From Catajapyx aquilonaris (Eukaryota), in the NCBI GenBank assembly GCA_000934665.2, contig JYFJ02001220.1, forward strand, positions 62,001-86,588: DNA of 24,588 bases. Reading direction: 5' to 3'. A program made the position numbers and the translations under genes. The notes under the pieces were generated by a model. The model saw nothing but the letters and a program-made list of their open reading frames with translations, had not been told where the DNA came from and did no database searches. Shown here piece by piece: positions 1-10,414 of this stretch (within the stretch, counting starts at the first letter, position 1; every line of letters begins with the position of its first letter).

Positions 1-2701
1 GGCTATCTATCACTTGACACACACTCATTGAGCACATCCTTCCCCAGTCATCCTTTCATTGCACTTTGATCCTCCGACTCACACACTGTAAACATATACA
101 CACTCAAGAACCACTTCATGATACGCAAGCGGATTCAGACAAGATCGTTGATTCGAAAAGGATCGGAATTTTTACAGCCGTGAGCAGAAGGTAGGCTTGA
201 TTTAAATATTAATCTGGAAAAAAATGCAGTAATCTTACTTTTTGCTCTGGACATTTCAAAGACGTCGTTTCAACCAAAGTAGTGCCTGAAACACGTATTA
301 CATAATATGCTCAGAGTGGTCTCATGTATTGTTCATGTATACTATAGTACCCTCAGTCAACAAGGAAACCTGTGATACTCGTAGCATTTACTGGTGCCAA
401 TGTTATCAGGTCAATGTTATATCATTAAGGTCATGACCAAGACAAGAGTGTAAACCCTTGGCATTGTTGTGCGGAATAAAAAAAGACGACCTTGTGCGGT
501 TCGGTCACCGCCTGGGTAAATTAATTGTGCGTTAATCCTAATTATTTCTTGGGGAGTGACTGACTGCCAGGTCATTAGTCATCCAGTAATTAGTGCCAAA
601 ATTAGCTGCTGACGCTATTTCGGACCGACGTATCTCGTTTCAATTGGTGGCCGACCACTAATTGGGAGTTTAGTTGGGAACAGTTGGTCTGGTGCAGAGG
701 GCTGCTGCTGGGTTGTGCAACGACTATACTAAGGTGACATTTCCATTAAGTTGCCCTCATAATTTTTTTCTCTCCAAACAATAGACTACCAATGCATAGG
801 TCCTCTCCTGAATTTCTTTTCTTCCAACTATTATTAGGAAATTGGATGTTTTTCAACCACATAAAATATAAAACAGCAGTCGAAATTTCAAAAAAAATGC
901 TGCAAGTTAATTTGGATCTGATTGTTGCTTCTTTTTAAAATGGTGTCTAGAGTGAACAATCCGTAATATTTTTCTTGGGCAGTGCACCACCTCCTGATAT
1001 GTGAGGCGTTATCTTAATCATTATTGCTTTGTTTCACAAAAGCAACTAGTCAGCAGCTTATGGTTTCAAGTTGAGGGCTGTGCATATCCGAAAAACATCC
1101 GCATCCTCTCTTGTGTCGTTGATATTTTTTTTAATGAGTCGCAATAAAAACGATAGTGTCCGACTGTGTGAGTGTCCAATTCATCAGGCTCCCATGTTGG
1201 CCCACAGCAATTTAATCAAAGGGTGTCTGACCTTGGCCAAAGTGGTCAGTGCTGGTTTTTATGTCCATGCTGCTCTTCTCTGTCCTGGAGGGTGATTAAC
1301 GACAGCTGATTAATTAGTCTGTTGTCAAGTCCTGGACCGTGGAACAATAATGAAAGGCCTGGCTTGTGTTTCATGTGCGCCTAACTGACTGCGCCTTTTC
1401 AGCAGCAGCCAGCCAGCAAAGCAAGTCAGTTAGTTCAGGACCAGGCATTGGCAGATCTGGAGTTGGCTCCTTCCTCGGATGCTGCGTCTCTGCCTGACCT
1501 CTCGTCATGCTGGGGTCATCTGAGGAGGTGACGCTGACCTGCTGCATTCTGGCACTCTGTGTCATTTCAAGTGAGTCCCACAAGAGTGAGAAAGTTTGAG
1601 AGTTGTTCACCCCAGAAGATTCTGTATATAGTTTTTGTGCTTTCGACCGATTCAAGTGGTTGCTAGGGTAAACAACGCGCGACCGTCCTGTCAATTCCTG
1701 AAAGTCAGACGCACTGTCAGGATCAAACAGGCTGGGTCTTAGTGCCCATTATATTAGTCTCAACAAAGTTGAAGAAAAAAGAGCGAAGTACTCTTACGAA
1801 ACAGAGGGTTTGGAGCCAACTGGCAGGGGAATTATTGCCATACAATTCTATGCAGGTGAGTCAAAATAGGTTTTGGCGAATGCGAATGACCCTCTAAGTG
1901 CCACTTGAGGACAGTTGGGAATTCGGATCTTTAATAGTGTGAGGCAGTAACAAACTCAGTGATGCCGGATATTTTTTTAGATGCGATTTTTGCATTAGCT
2001 TGAAGGCATTGTGCTCTCACTTTTTTCTCGGAGCGCTAACTTCATCCAGATGAATCCAGATAAAAGTGAATTAAGTCATTTTCCCCCCTTGTGATGCCTA
2101 CCTGAATTTGCAAGGACATTTTGCTAGCTCAGTTGAGATTAATTTATTTCTCAGACCAGCCAAAGTGCATACAATTTCTCTTTATTTCACTAAGCCTCTG
2201 ATCCAAAACATTAATTAGCACGATTTTAGGTCAGAAGAATTCAGCATACTAACACGGAAAGAAGGCAGCAATAATATGTGACCTTTTTTATAATCCAAAT
2301 ACGTGACCCTCATTTCAAGAATTATTAAATGCCACACTTTTGGTTCACCGGCCTATAGTTTCTAGTTCAAGGAAAAGTTGTGCGTTTTATCCGGGAAAGG
2401 AATTTTACAGCGAAAGAAACAATTACCATCCCAATGAGCAGCCCTATATTAATGCAGTAATTTGGCTTGGACGCATAAATATTATGACACTTTTGTATGG
2501 TATTACTGGATTTGAACCAACCAAATGCCAGTGGCTGGTATTGTTGTAACATGACCGGACAAGTAGGCTACTTCCAGCAGACGAAGTGACGGGCATTCCT
2601 TCTCGCACCATTCGGTTTTATCCCTGTCTATTTTGGCTGTTGGCTTGGAGAGTGAGCCATCTTCAACAGGGCTCTTGGTTTGTTGACCGTGGCACATTCC
2701 G

Positions 2702-4844
2702 ATGACACTTTTATTATTTGTCCTCCCGACAAACATCTCTCTTTTGTTATGCTACTCCGAAGATGGTGCTTCTGGAACGCAAGCATGCTTGTGACAGGCA
2801 CGAATTTTGATAACAAACAAATGGTGTTCGTGTTTCAATGCCAGGCGCTTGGGCCACGAGCCAAGAGGAGTCGGCGCCGGAGACGCCGCCAGCGTCCAGA
2901 CCCGGCTGCGGAAACGAGCGTCTCCAGCGCCTTCTTAGAGAAGAGACGGAACTAGACAGCGACAGCTTCAAACATCCAGCCAACGAGGCTCAACTAGACG
3001 CAGCATGTAGGCAAGTACACAAATCATACATATACAGTTTGCCTTTACAAAAAAAGTAGAACCGGATGTTTCTCGCCATTTTTGATCCCTTGAATTAAAG
3101 AGACCCCTTTTGAATTTCGTTAATGAAGCGTTCTTCCAGGAGGCTGAAAAACTACCACCGTCGTCTGTGGAAGTATCTGAACAGATGCATGGGCGAGCAG
3201 CTGGATGAGGACACTGTGAGGTCACTGGACACCGACAGGGAGCTGCAGAACAGGCTGTGTCAGGACCAGGAGTTCAAACAGAGTCAGTTCTGTTCTGGCC
3301 AGCGGAAACAGCCTGTTTCCTTATCATATTAATTTTCCTCTCTCTTTTTTTCTTTCTTCTTTCTCGCAGAGTATTTGAGGCACTCCAAGTGTATCAGGGA
3401 GATTACACCCAAATTGAGGAACTGTTCCGCGCAGTTGCCGGACTCCATCAGCCCTTGTTGGTAAGTGTGATGTCACTGTCTCATTAATCGGATGGGATCC
3501 ACGCACATGATTGCTCACTTTATTAGCTGAGTTTTCTGCTGGCTGGTTTTTTTGGGGGGTGGTTCATGCAATTTGCACAGGAAGGCTCCTTAGTTGCCAA
3601 AATTAGAGGACCAAAAAGTACAGTGTCAGTACATCACAAAGATTCGTAATTTTATAGTGCTGTACTGTACGGTCCCTAATAAAACAGGATTTGCATGTTA
3701 GTTTCATATTTCAATAATATTATTATTTCTCTAATCACAAAATAATAATAACGTTTGCTTCATAAGGTCTGGTTTCTTCTACAAAAAAATGTTGAGTGGC
3801 ATTTGGCTCCAGCAGTTACTGGTTATTTCACGTACCGTAATATTCTCATTTAAATTTCACCTTTTGATGAATAATTTTGACACTGATCCGTAAATAATTT
3901 TAATTAATTTTCTTCCAAATCTTACTCAAACTGAGTTTGAGAAGTTTCTCTCACTATTGAAGGCACAAATTTAAAAGATTCCTAGAATGTACTGTACCTT
4001 AAAAGGGCATTAAGAGATAATAGTAAATACTGTACAATACTAATAATATTATTGTAGCGTCCATTTGTTGTCAATGGGATTCAACTGCCGTTATTCTTAA
4101 TGGATCGGTAAAGATGAGGAGAAACTGGGCCTTAATCTTCCTCTCCATTAAGACTAGGTCACATGACTGTAAAAAAACGTCATCAATTCACAGCGGTTGT
4201 TAATACACGCCAGTAATGTAATTTATCAAGATTTCAACCAGAGAGAATAATCATGCCATGTGGAATGAGTCATCCCATTTTTTGCAGACTTGAGTGAAAC
4301 TCTCACGAGTCCATAACATCTGCGCTATAAAAAAATTTGATGTAAATTTTATTATTAATCATTGTAAAAATTCGACCTAATTTTTTTATTACTTCTTGTG
4401 GTGCTTTACAGTGCAATGGTGGAACACCGGAAATGTTCCAGGCTACAAGCTGAGGCATCATGCGGAGAAGAGGCAGCCGAGTATGCGGAGGAGTACTTGA
4501 CTGTTGTGTATGCCTCACGATTGCAGGTATCTGGTTCAGTCAGTTCCATTTTAAAAAAAAATCACGAACGAAGACACGTCTGTCAATATCGGAGTATACC
4601 GAAAAATGACAATCGGACATAATTATTAGTCTACACAAATAGAGTATAAAATCCATCTTTATTTCTTGAGAACAGTAACTGAAGGTAGTTTCAATTGCAG
4701 GAATGTCCTTCTGGATGCGAGGCAGCTCCACTGCCGGCTTCATCGTCTTCGTTGGTGCCATCTGGCGGAGGACCATCAGCGTTCCTCTGCCTTTTGCCGC
4801 TTCTGGTTGCCGCTTCAGGTGTTGTAGTTGCAGTTCGACGATGA
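2702..4844 (+). CDS. Gene A: secreted, membrane-anchored 12-Cys helical protein, DUF19-like arthropod family (~240 aa, 6 exons)
   Basis: Exons are 2702-2765 (uncertain), 2845-3010, 3140-3282, 3370-3460, 4412-4526 and 4701-4844, with compatible phases (1,2,1,2,0). Intron 2 is GC-AG (AG|GCAAGT). The spliced product reads ...GCGNERLQRLL...HPANEAQLDAACRRLKNY...YLNRC...RLCQDQEFKQKYLRHSKC...RNC...SPCCAMVEHRKC...ASCGEEAAEY...ECPSGC...SSSS...AFLCLLPLLVAASGVVVAVRR*. Cys spacing and intron phases match genes C and D, and exon 3 is 143 nt as in gene C. Exon 1 is ambiguous: ATG2702 (MTLLLFVLPTNISLLLCYS, GT donor at 2766, 79-nt intron) or ATG2749 (MLLRRWCFWNASMLVTG, GC donor at 2798, 47-nt intron). Confidence 0.85.
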
Positions 4845-5068
4845 CGAGTGTTAAATTCACATCCAGGGAACCGGTGCTTTTACGTGCATGTGTTCGTATA
4901 CGCAATAAGACATTCCTCACACTCTTCCCCCCCAAGGCCAAGCTGGCTTTGCTTGGTTTCCCACCGCACATCCTACCCACACACATGCACAGAACACGGC
5001 TTACATCAGGCAGCAAGTGTTGAGCCAGCAGAGGGCAGTGCTCACTAGTCACCATCATTGCCAGTAAG

Positions 5069-7627
5069 ATGAACGTGCTTGTTAGTGGCAGCAGCATTTG
5101 CCTGGTGCTGCTTTCGTCTGTTTGTGTCCACTGTGCCCCAGTCAAGACATCAGAGGACATCCTGTACCCTTACGATGTGGACAATATCCGGATGCATGGT
5201 GCGTCACCCTCGCAAGTAGCTACTACGTTGCTTTAAAGTAGACCTTGCTGGCAGTGTGAAAGCTGTTACGTATTGTGGCATCTTCATTCGCCTGTACTTG
5301 TGTTCGTTATTGCTGTGTCATATGTAGGTTATTATAATAATAATAAAAAGAAAAAGACTGTTTCGTAACGTGAGACACACCCCATCAGAGATGTTCGTTC
5401 TAGAATGACTTACTTTTTTTACACTTGATTTGAATGCGACTTTTTTGTGTCATCTGCTTTCACATCCTGTTGACATAATTCTATAAATAATATTGATGTG
5501 TGAAAAGTGCATCTGACAAGTGGCGTCGCCTACTTTCTCTCCTCTCCCTCCGAGGGAGAAAAGGTATCCCAGTTTCACACCGTCTCATTGAGCATGAGAA
5601 TACCCCACACATTTTAAAAGGTGTCAATGTAGGGGAAAAAATAAGCCATTACAGGACAATAAAACCGTACTGTACCCGGGAAAACATCTTTCATGTAAAG
5701 GAAGAGTCGAAGCAACTAAGACCGCAAAGCTTATCTGATTGTAGATGTGACGTAAAAATACTGCGCGCAATATAATTATCGAGAGTCATCGTAATTTCTG
5801 CGAACCTCTTATCATACCCAGATGAATTGCACGATTTTTCTGTGTAGATCTTTATGTCATGACATTCTTATAATTTATTGTATTTGTTAGCATGAAGTCG
5901 AATTACCGGTACCGATTTCATTAGCAAGTCAAATATATGCGATTTCCTTGAAAGACTATAATCTCTTGTAACCTACATAAAAAATTATCTAGATTACTTC
6001 CTTACAACCGCCTTTATAATATTATGGTGTCACAATTTAAGGGCCAGATGCCCAGATCCTATTCAGTTTTAAAAGCTCTTCAATGTCACCAAAAATGCGT
6101 CTGTAGTACAGCGCATTACGCCAATAATGATTTGATACAGAGTACACAAAGCATTGCATTTGAAGTTATTGCGTGTCGCTTAATTTTTCGTGCAATTTTT
6201 AAAAACCAGGTTTGCTCTCATTAAAATATGTTTGTCATGTACATTACCAGTATTCTACAATAATAGAGAATTAATATTCTCCCATGGTGGACAAAATTCA
6301 AAATTAATAGCTCTCCAGTCAGCTGCAGTAAAGTAACATGTATAGCAGGTACTGTACACGACCACGATTAATGTAGGCGACTCAGCACAGATGTCGTGAG
6401 AACAGATCCGGAAATATGAACAATTGCAGACTTTGGAAGAAGGCTCGCACGTAAGTACGTCAAAGTACTGTGGGCACTTGCAACACACTCAGCTGAGTCA
6501 GCTCTATAACTGTGGACAGTCTCAGCAAACCGTCATATCTGCTGCATTACACACGTAACACAATTTTGAAAGTATTTTTTTTGCTTTGAAGATTATTGTT
6601 TTAATAATATGCTACAAAATTGATATGGTTGTACATATTACTATACGTGATTCTGCGTGCACGGTTTGTCCATCATTAAAATAATATTTTTCCAAGTCAT
6701 TAATCAAACCGAGGAGAAAAAAGGGCTCTCAATGTGCCAATTTAGGAAAACTCTCTCCCCTGATCCATCCATATAATAACACAGGTCACTTTCGGAATGA
6801 AATGAGAAATTTTTTTCCCCCGTTGGCATCTTGCTTGACGCTTTCCCGGCGATGGGTTCAAATGCCGCACACTTAGGCTATAACCTAACCCACAGAATAA
6901 TATTTTGTACTTTCTTATGGATCACTTCCATCCACCAACACTTGTGTAATATTCTTCTAATAATTGTGTACTACCTTTAGGAGCGTCCCTAAAATGCCTG
7001 ACCAGAAACAAGGTCCTGTGGGCGAGAGGCGGCGGATGTTGGTTCCTTCACGAGAACGGTCCCTGCGCCTGGGCGGCGGACAACTACGAGGAAGGGCAGA
7101 AGGAGTGGCTGGTGCTGAGGGAGGGCCAGAGCGCCATAGCCGAGTGCCAGCCCAGGGGCTGCCCCGAGGGACAGTTCGCCTGGAAAGGGGAGTGCACCGA
7201 GGATGACGACCTCTGCCCCGGGTCCAGTCGCCTCACGGCCGACCCCTGGGGCCACACGGTGTGCTCCTGCCCACACAACTACCTCTGGGAAGGGTCAGAG
7301 GGCATGTGCCACAAGATGAGACTGGCCATGGAGAACAACTTGACCTCGCCTTGCCCTCCGGACCAGGACTGGCTGGAGCATCCCTCACAGCCCTTCCTGT
7401 ACGTGTCCAGAGAGGACAGCCTGGGACTGCCAGACCTGCTTCTCCTCCAGGGGAACTGCTCTCTCCTGGAGAACAGGAACGTCTTCACTTCACCCCAGTT
7501 CCAGTGTGAGGTCAAGGATCCGTCCGGAGGATGCAGAAGACCAGTGTCGCTCAGGTGGACAGGAACAGACTCCAACCAGAGCCTGGATAAGCTCTTTTCT
7601 ACCATCAGGCAGAGGAACCTCCGCTAG
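5069..7627 (+). CDS. Gene B: secreted cysteine-rich protein, DUF4789-like (258 aa, 2 exons)
   Basis: Exon 1 (5069-5198) encodes a signal peptide MNVLVSGSSICLVLLSSVCVHC followed by APVKTSEDILYP..., and ends at a phase-1 donor G|GTGCGT. Exon 2 (6981-7627) follows the acceptor ctacctttag and is in frame with track ORF 7112-7627. The motifs C..L...GPC...EWLVL...C....CPEG...W.G.C, D.WG...C.C and C-terminal C..D..G.C resemble arthropod DUF4789 repeats (recalled, not searched). Exon 2 has GC-rich, coding-like composition. Confidence 0.8.
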
Positions 7628-8244
7628 TGACGTTGCAGTTTCAACGTGAACAATAACCAATATGTTTGTAGTCATTTCAAAACCAAAGATTGTTGAAGAG
7701 AGTGGGGAAAGCGCAATGCTCATATTTTGTTACCGCCTTCGGAATAAGGTAAGGACTATGTAGTGTTCAGGATTCGACTTTTAAGTGTATCGTCGGAATT
7801 ATTATGACATACACTTTATTGTGACAACTAGTATGACTCTATTGGTGCAACGCAGCAGCTTGAAAGAGCAGACTTGCGTGGTCGAATACGGTTTAATTTC
7901 ACTGTTGCATGTGCATATGAGATTAACGGACTCTGAGCCACTTCATATATCCAGTCTAGGATTTGATATTATTTAATGTCACTGTTTCATAACTAATAGG
8001 TTGTCTGCACTTAAGCACTCATATTTTGCCAAAACATTTTGCCGGTACATTTTTCTTTCAATCTTGGGCGAAATGCATTAATAAATCTGCAGCTACAGCA
8101 TTAATATTATTGCAATGAAACTTCCAGTCTGCACATGAAATTAACACAGCTATGTGAAGGATTTGTAAAAATAAATATTTACCAACAATATTGGAATAAA
8201 AGCGTAATATTGGTATACCTGCCTGGTTTTAATGCCAATGTCAG

Positions 8245-8353
8245 GAATCCGTATAATCCAAAACCCCGCGCGACGGGTAATCCTGCCATCTCCCGCTGGT
8301 TTCACTTGACAAGTTAGTTTGCACGAGTTCCTCACATGCAAGACAGAGGACTC
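8245..8353. repeat. Direct repeat copy 1 (~110 bp; partner at 9687-9809)
   Basis: The 30-nt block GTAATCCTGCCATCTCCCGCTGGTTTCACT is identical at 8277-8306 and 9734-9763. TTTGCACGAGTTCC and ACATGCAAGA.AGAGGACTC follow in both copies. Confidence 0.9.
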
Positions 8354-8907
8354 AAGCGTACACCACACTAGAATAATTATGTCCCCCGTTCCCGTTCCCC
8401 ACAAATTATGCAATGAAGGCAAAAAAAAACAACTGGCCTGTGTATAGTTAAAACATTTGCCATAATTATTCCAGAAAATTAACTGTCTCGTCCTCACGCT
8501 ACCAGGAGCTGAAGGAATTGTAGGATCTGATCTCTTGCAAATCCGAGGAAAATAGTCAGCAGCAACAAATCTAAAAATTTTGGAATATCAGTACTCTTTT
8601 ACGCAGCTGAATCATGATATAACAGCCTCGGCTGTAACAAACCTTCAGTTGTAATCTCAACACACTATGACAAATGCTGCGAATCCCCCTTCCTTTTCCC
8701 TGTTGGATCCAAAACATCAATCAATCAATCCATACATGACTCATTTAACCTTGCAAAATGGACTCCAAAAAAGAACCTCAACGATGCAATAATGGGGGAG
8801 GATAGGTCGCACAAATTCCCTGAACATCACACTATAAAGTGCTTTCAAACATTTCACGAAAATAAAGAATACCTGATGATGTTAACCATGGGACGAATAG
8901 GACATGC

Positions 8908-9260
8908 CTTTGGGGGAGACGGAGTGGCGCCGCGGTAACGTGCGCGCCCACGGATGTTAAGGTCCCGGGTTCGATCCCAGCCCGGGGACACCCCCTTCAT
9001 CTCGTGCAGAGTTCAGGGTCACCTCTGGCTTCGTCTCGGGTGGTATATCCTACAGACTAGACCACCCGGGGGAGTTCACTAAAAATGGCCACAGCGTCAG
9101 ATTCACTGCACTTTGCACATCCCCTCCTGTCATCCTGCCCGTGGGCCCGGGCGCTTCAAAAATAGGATTCCCAAAAATTGTACCATCGAAATAAAGGTCT
9201 GGCAGAAGGCCCCTCTGGGGCTAGCCGAATACCCAATCAATTATCAATTATTATTATTAT
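8908..9260 (+). mobile_element. tRNA-derived SINE (head resembles tRNA-Arg ACG), full length, with 12-bp target-site duplication
   Basis: Pol III A box TGGCGCCGCGG at 8925-8935 and B box GGTTCGATCCC at 8968-8978. The head AGTGGCGC..GGTAACG...ACGGAT...AAGGTCCCGGGTTCGA parallels eukaryotic tRNA-Arg(ACG). The 3' tail is CAATTATCAATTATTATTATTAT. A perfect flanking duplication AATAGGACATGC lies at 8896-8907 and 9261-9272. Confidence 0.92.
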
Positions 9261-9686
9261 AATAGGACATGCAACTCACTGAACCTCACACTTGACGTGC
9301 GTTCAACCTGCCCCCAAATCCCTCAACAATGAACCCTGAATCCCGGTTCAACAATACCATCAGCATCCCAAACCCAATAAAGCACTGAATGTACTTAAAT
9401 GCCAGTATCAGCAGCTCCTCTGGACACCCTCACATCGTGAAGCTCAAAAAGGGAGTGAGTCCCAAAACAAAAAGGGGCTGTTCAAGCAAGGTCAGATAAC
9501 TCGGGAAGGCAATGGCCCCATTGCCCCAACGTCACATTCAACTGTGACACATACTAATTTTCCCTGTGACTACTTCTTTGAATGCTACAAAGAAAAAAAA
9601 TATAACAAATTGCATTGTTATCCAACAACATCCAAAGTAATGTGGTTATCCATGCAGCCTCATGTTTTTTTTCTTCTTTTTTGCAA

Positions 9687-9809
9687 GAATCCATCCCAAA
9701 AGCCCGCGCTAATTCTGCACAACTTCTCAACGAGTAATCCTGCCATCTCCCGCTGGTTTCACTCTACAACAATTTTGCACGAGTTCCATACATGCAAGAG
9801 AGAGGACTC
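9687..9809. repeat. Direct repeat copy 2 (partner at 8245-8353)
   Basis: Same blocks as copy 1, with an extra ~20 nt between the CCCGCG block and the 30-nt identical core. Confidence 0.9.
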
Positions 9810-10215
9810 TCCCTGTGCGACTCTGGCCCATGGCTCAAAACCTTTTGAAATAATCTACCGTCTCCTGACCCCTGCTCTGGACACTAAATTGGTCCAAATT
9901 GGCACATACATTGATACACACACACACGCACGCCCTCTCATCCTTCCATGAATCATCCTGGTTGGTAGACAACCTGCGTGACTTTCTCGACCAACATGTT
10001 GCCGCATTGTCAGGAGACTATCCCTGCTGCTCTATACCTTTATACCAATAGGCCTAATAATAAAGATTATGATGGTAATGACGACGACTAACTCAAATCC
10101 GTCCCCTCGAATGAAATAATTGTCTCATGGCCCACTCGCGCTGAAAGCATTTCCAGGTGAGGCATTGTCATTGCAACAATGGGTCGGACCATTTCTCGAC
10201 CCGCCAAAAGACATG

Positions 10216-10414
10216 GTCACGTGACGTCCCCCCAAAAAAATCTCTCTCTCTCTCCCCCCCCCCCCCCNCCCCCCCCCTCCCTCGACAACTGCTCCTCCGA
10301 GGATGCTGTGGAGGGGGGTGTTCTCTCCGGTCGAGTCCAAGTGAAGGAATCTGACTGGAGCATGGCAGCAGCAGGCAGGCAATGCAATCGATCCAAAGGC
10401 GACGTCACTTCCGG
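10216..10414. promoter_or_regulatory. Promoter-like motif cluster: palindromic E-box GTCACGTGAC, poly-C tract and ETS-CRE composite
   Basis: GTCACGTGAC at 10216-10225 overlaps TGACGTC. A C-run with one N lies at ~10254-10277. GACGTCACTTCCGG at 10401-10414 reads CCGGAAGTGACGTC on the - strand. The region is locally GC/CpG-rich. Function is inferred from motifs only. Confidence 0.4.

Noticed and set aside
1371..1694. 107-aa minus-strand ORF preceded by an acceptor-like ctttcag, with a donor-like gtaag at 1797
   Set aside because: No recognisable domain. The putative upstream exon hits a stop in the needed frame and supplies no ATG, so a gene model is unsupported.
1850..1861. Consensus splice donor ATGCAG|GTGAGT as coding exon 1 of gene A
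   Set aside because: No in-frame ATG or signal peptide was found upstream in the required phase. At most it ends a non-coding 5' exon.
2838..2840. ATG 2838 (MPGAWA...) as the start of gene A
   Set aside because: It gives no signal peptide and abuts the acceptor ccag (2841-2844). Paralog C has a phase-1 intron at the equivalent place.
4540..5160. 206-aa minus-strand ORF
   Set aside because: It is the antisense shadow of gene A's last exon and gene B's first exon, with no recognisable protein features.
6964..7723. Several overlapping ORFs on both strands around gene B exon 2
   Set aside because: They are alternative-frame and antisense shadows of a GC-rich exon. Only one frame carries the Cys motif pattern.
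8912..8995. Functional tRNA-Arg gene
   Set aside because: The anticodon and acceptor stems pair poorly, and it is followed by a body, a simple-repeat tail and a TSD, so it is a SINE head.
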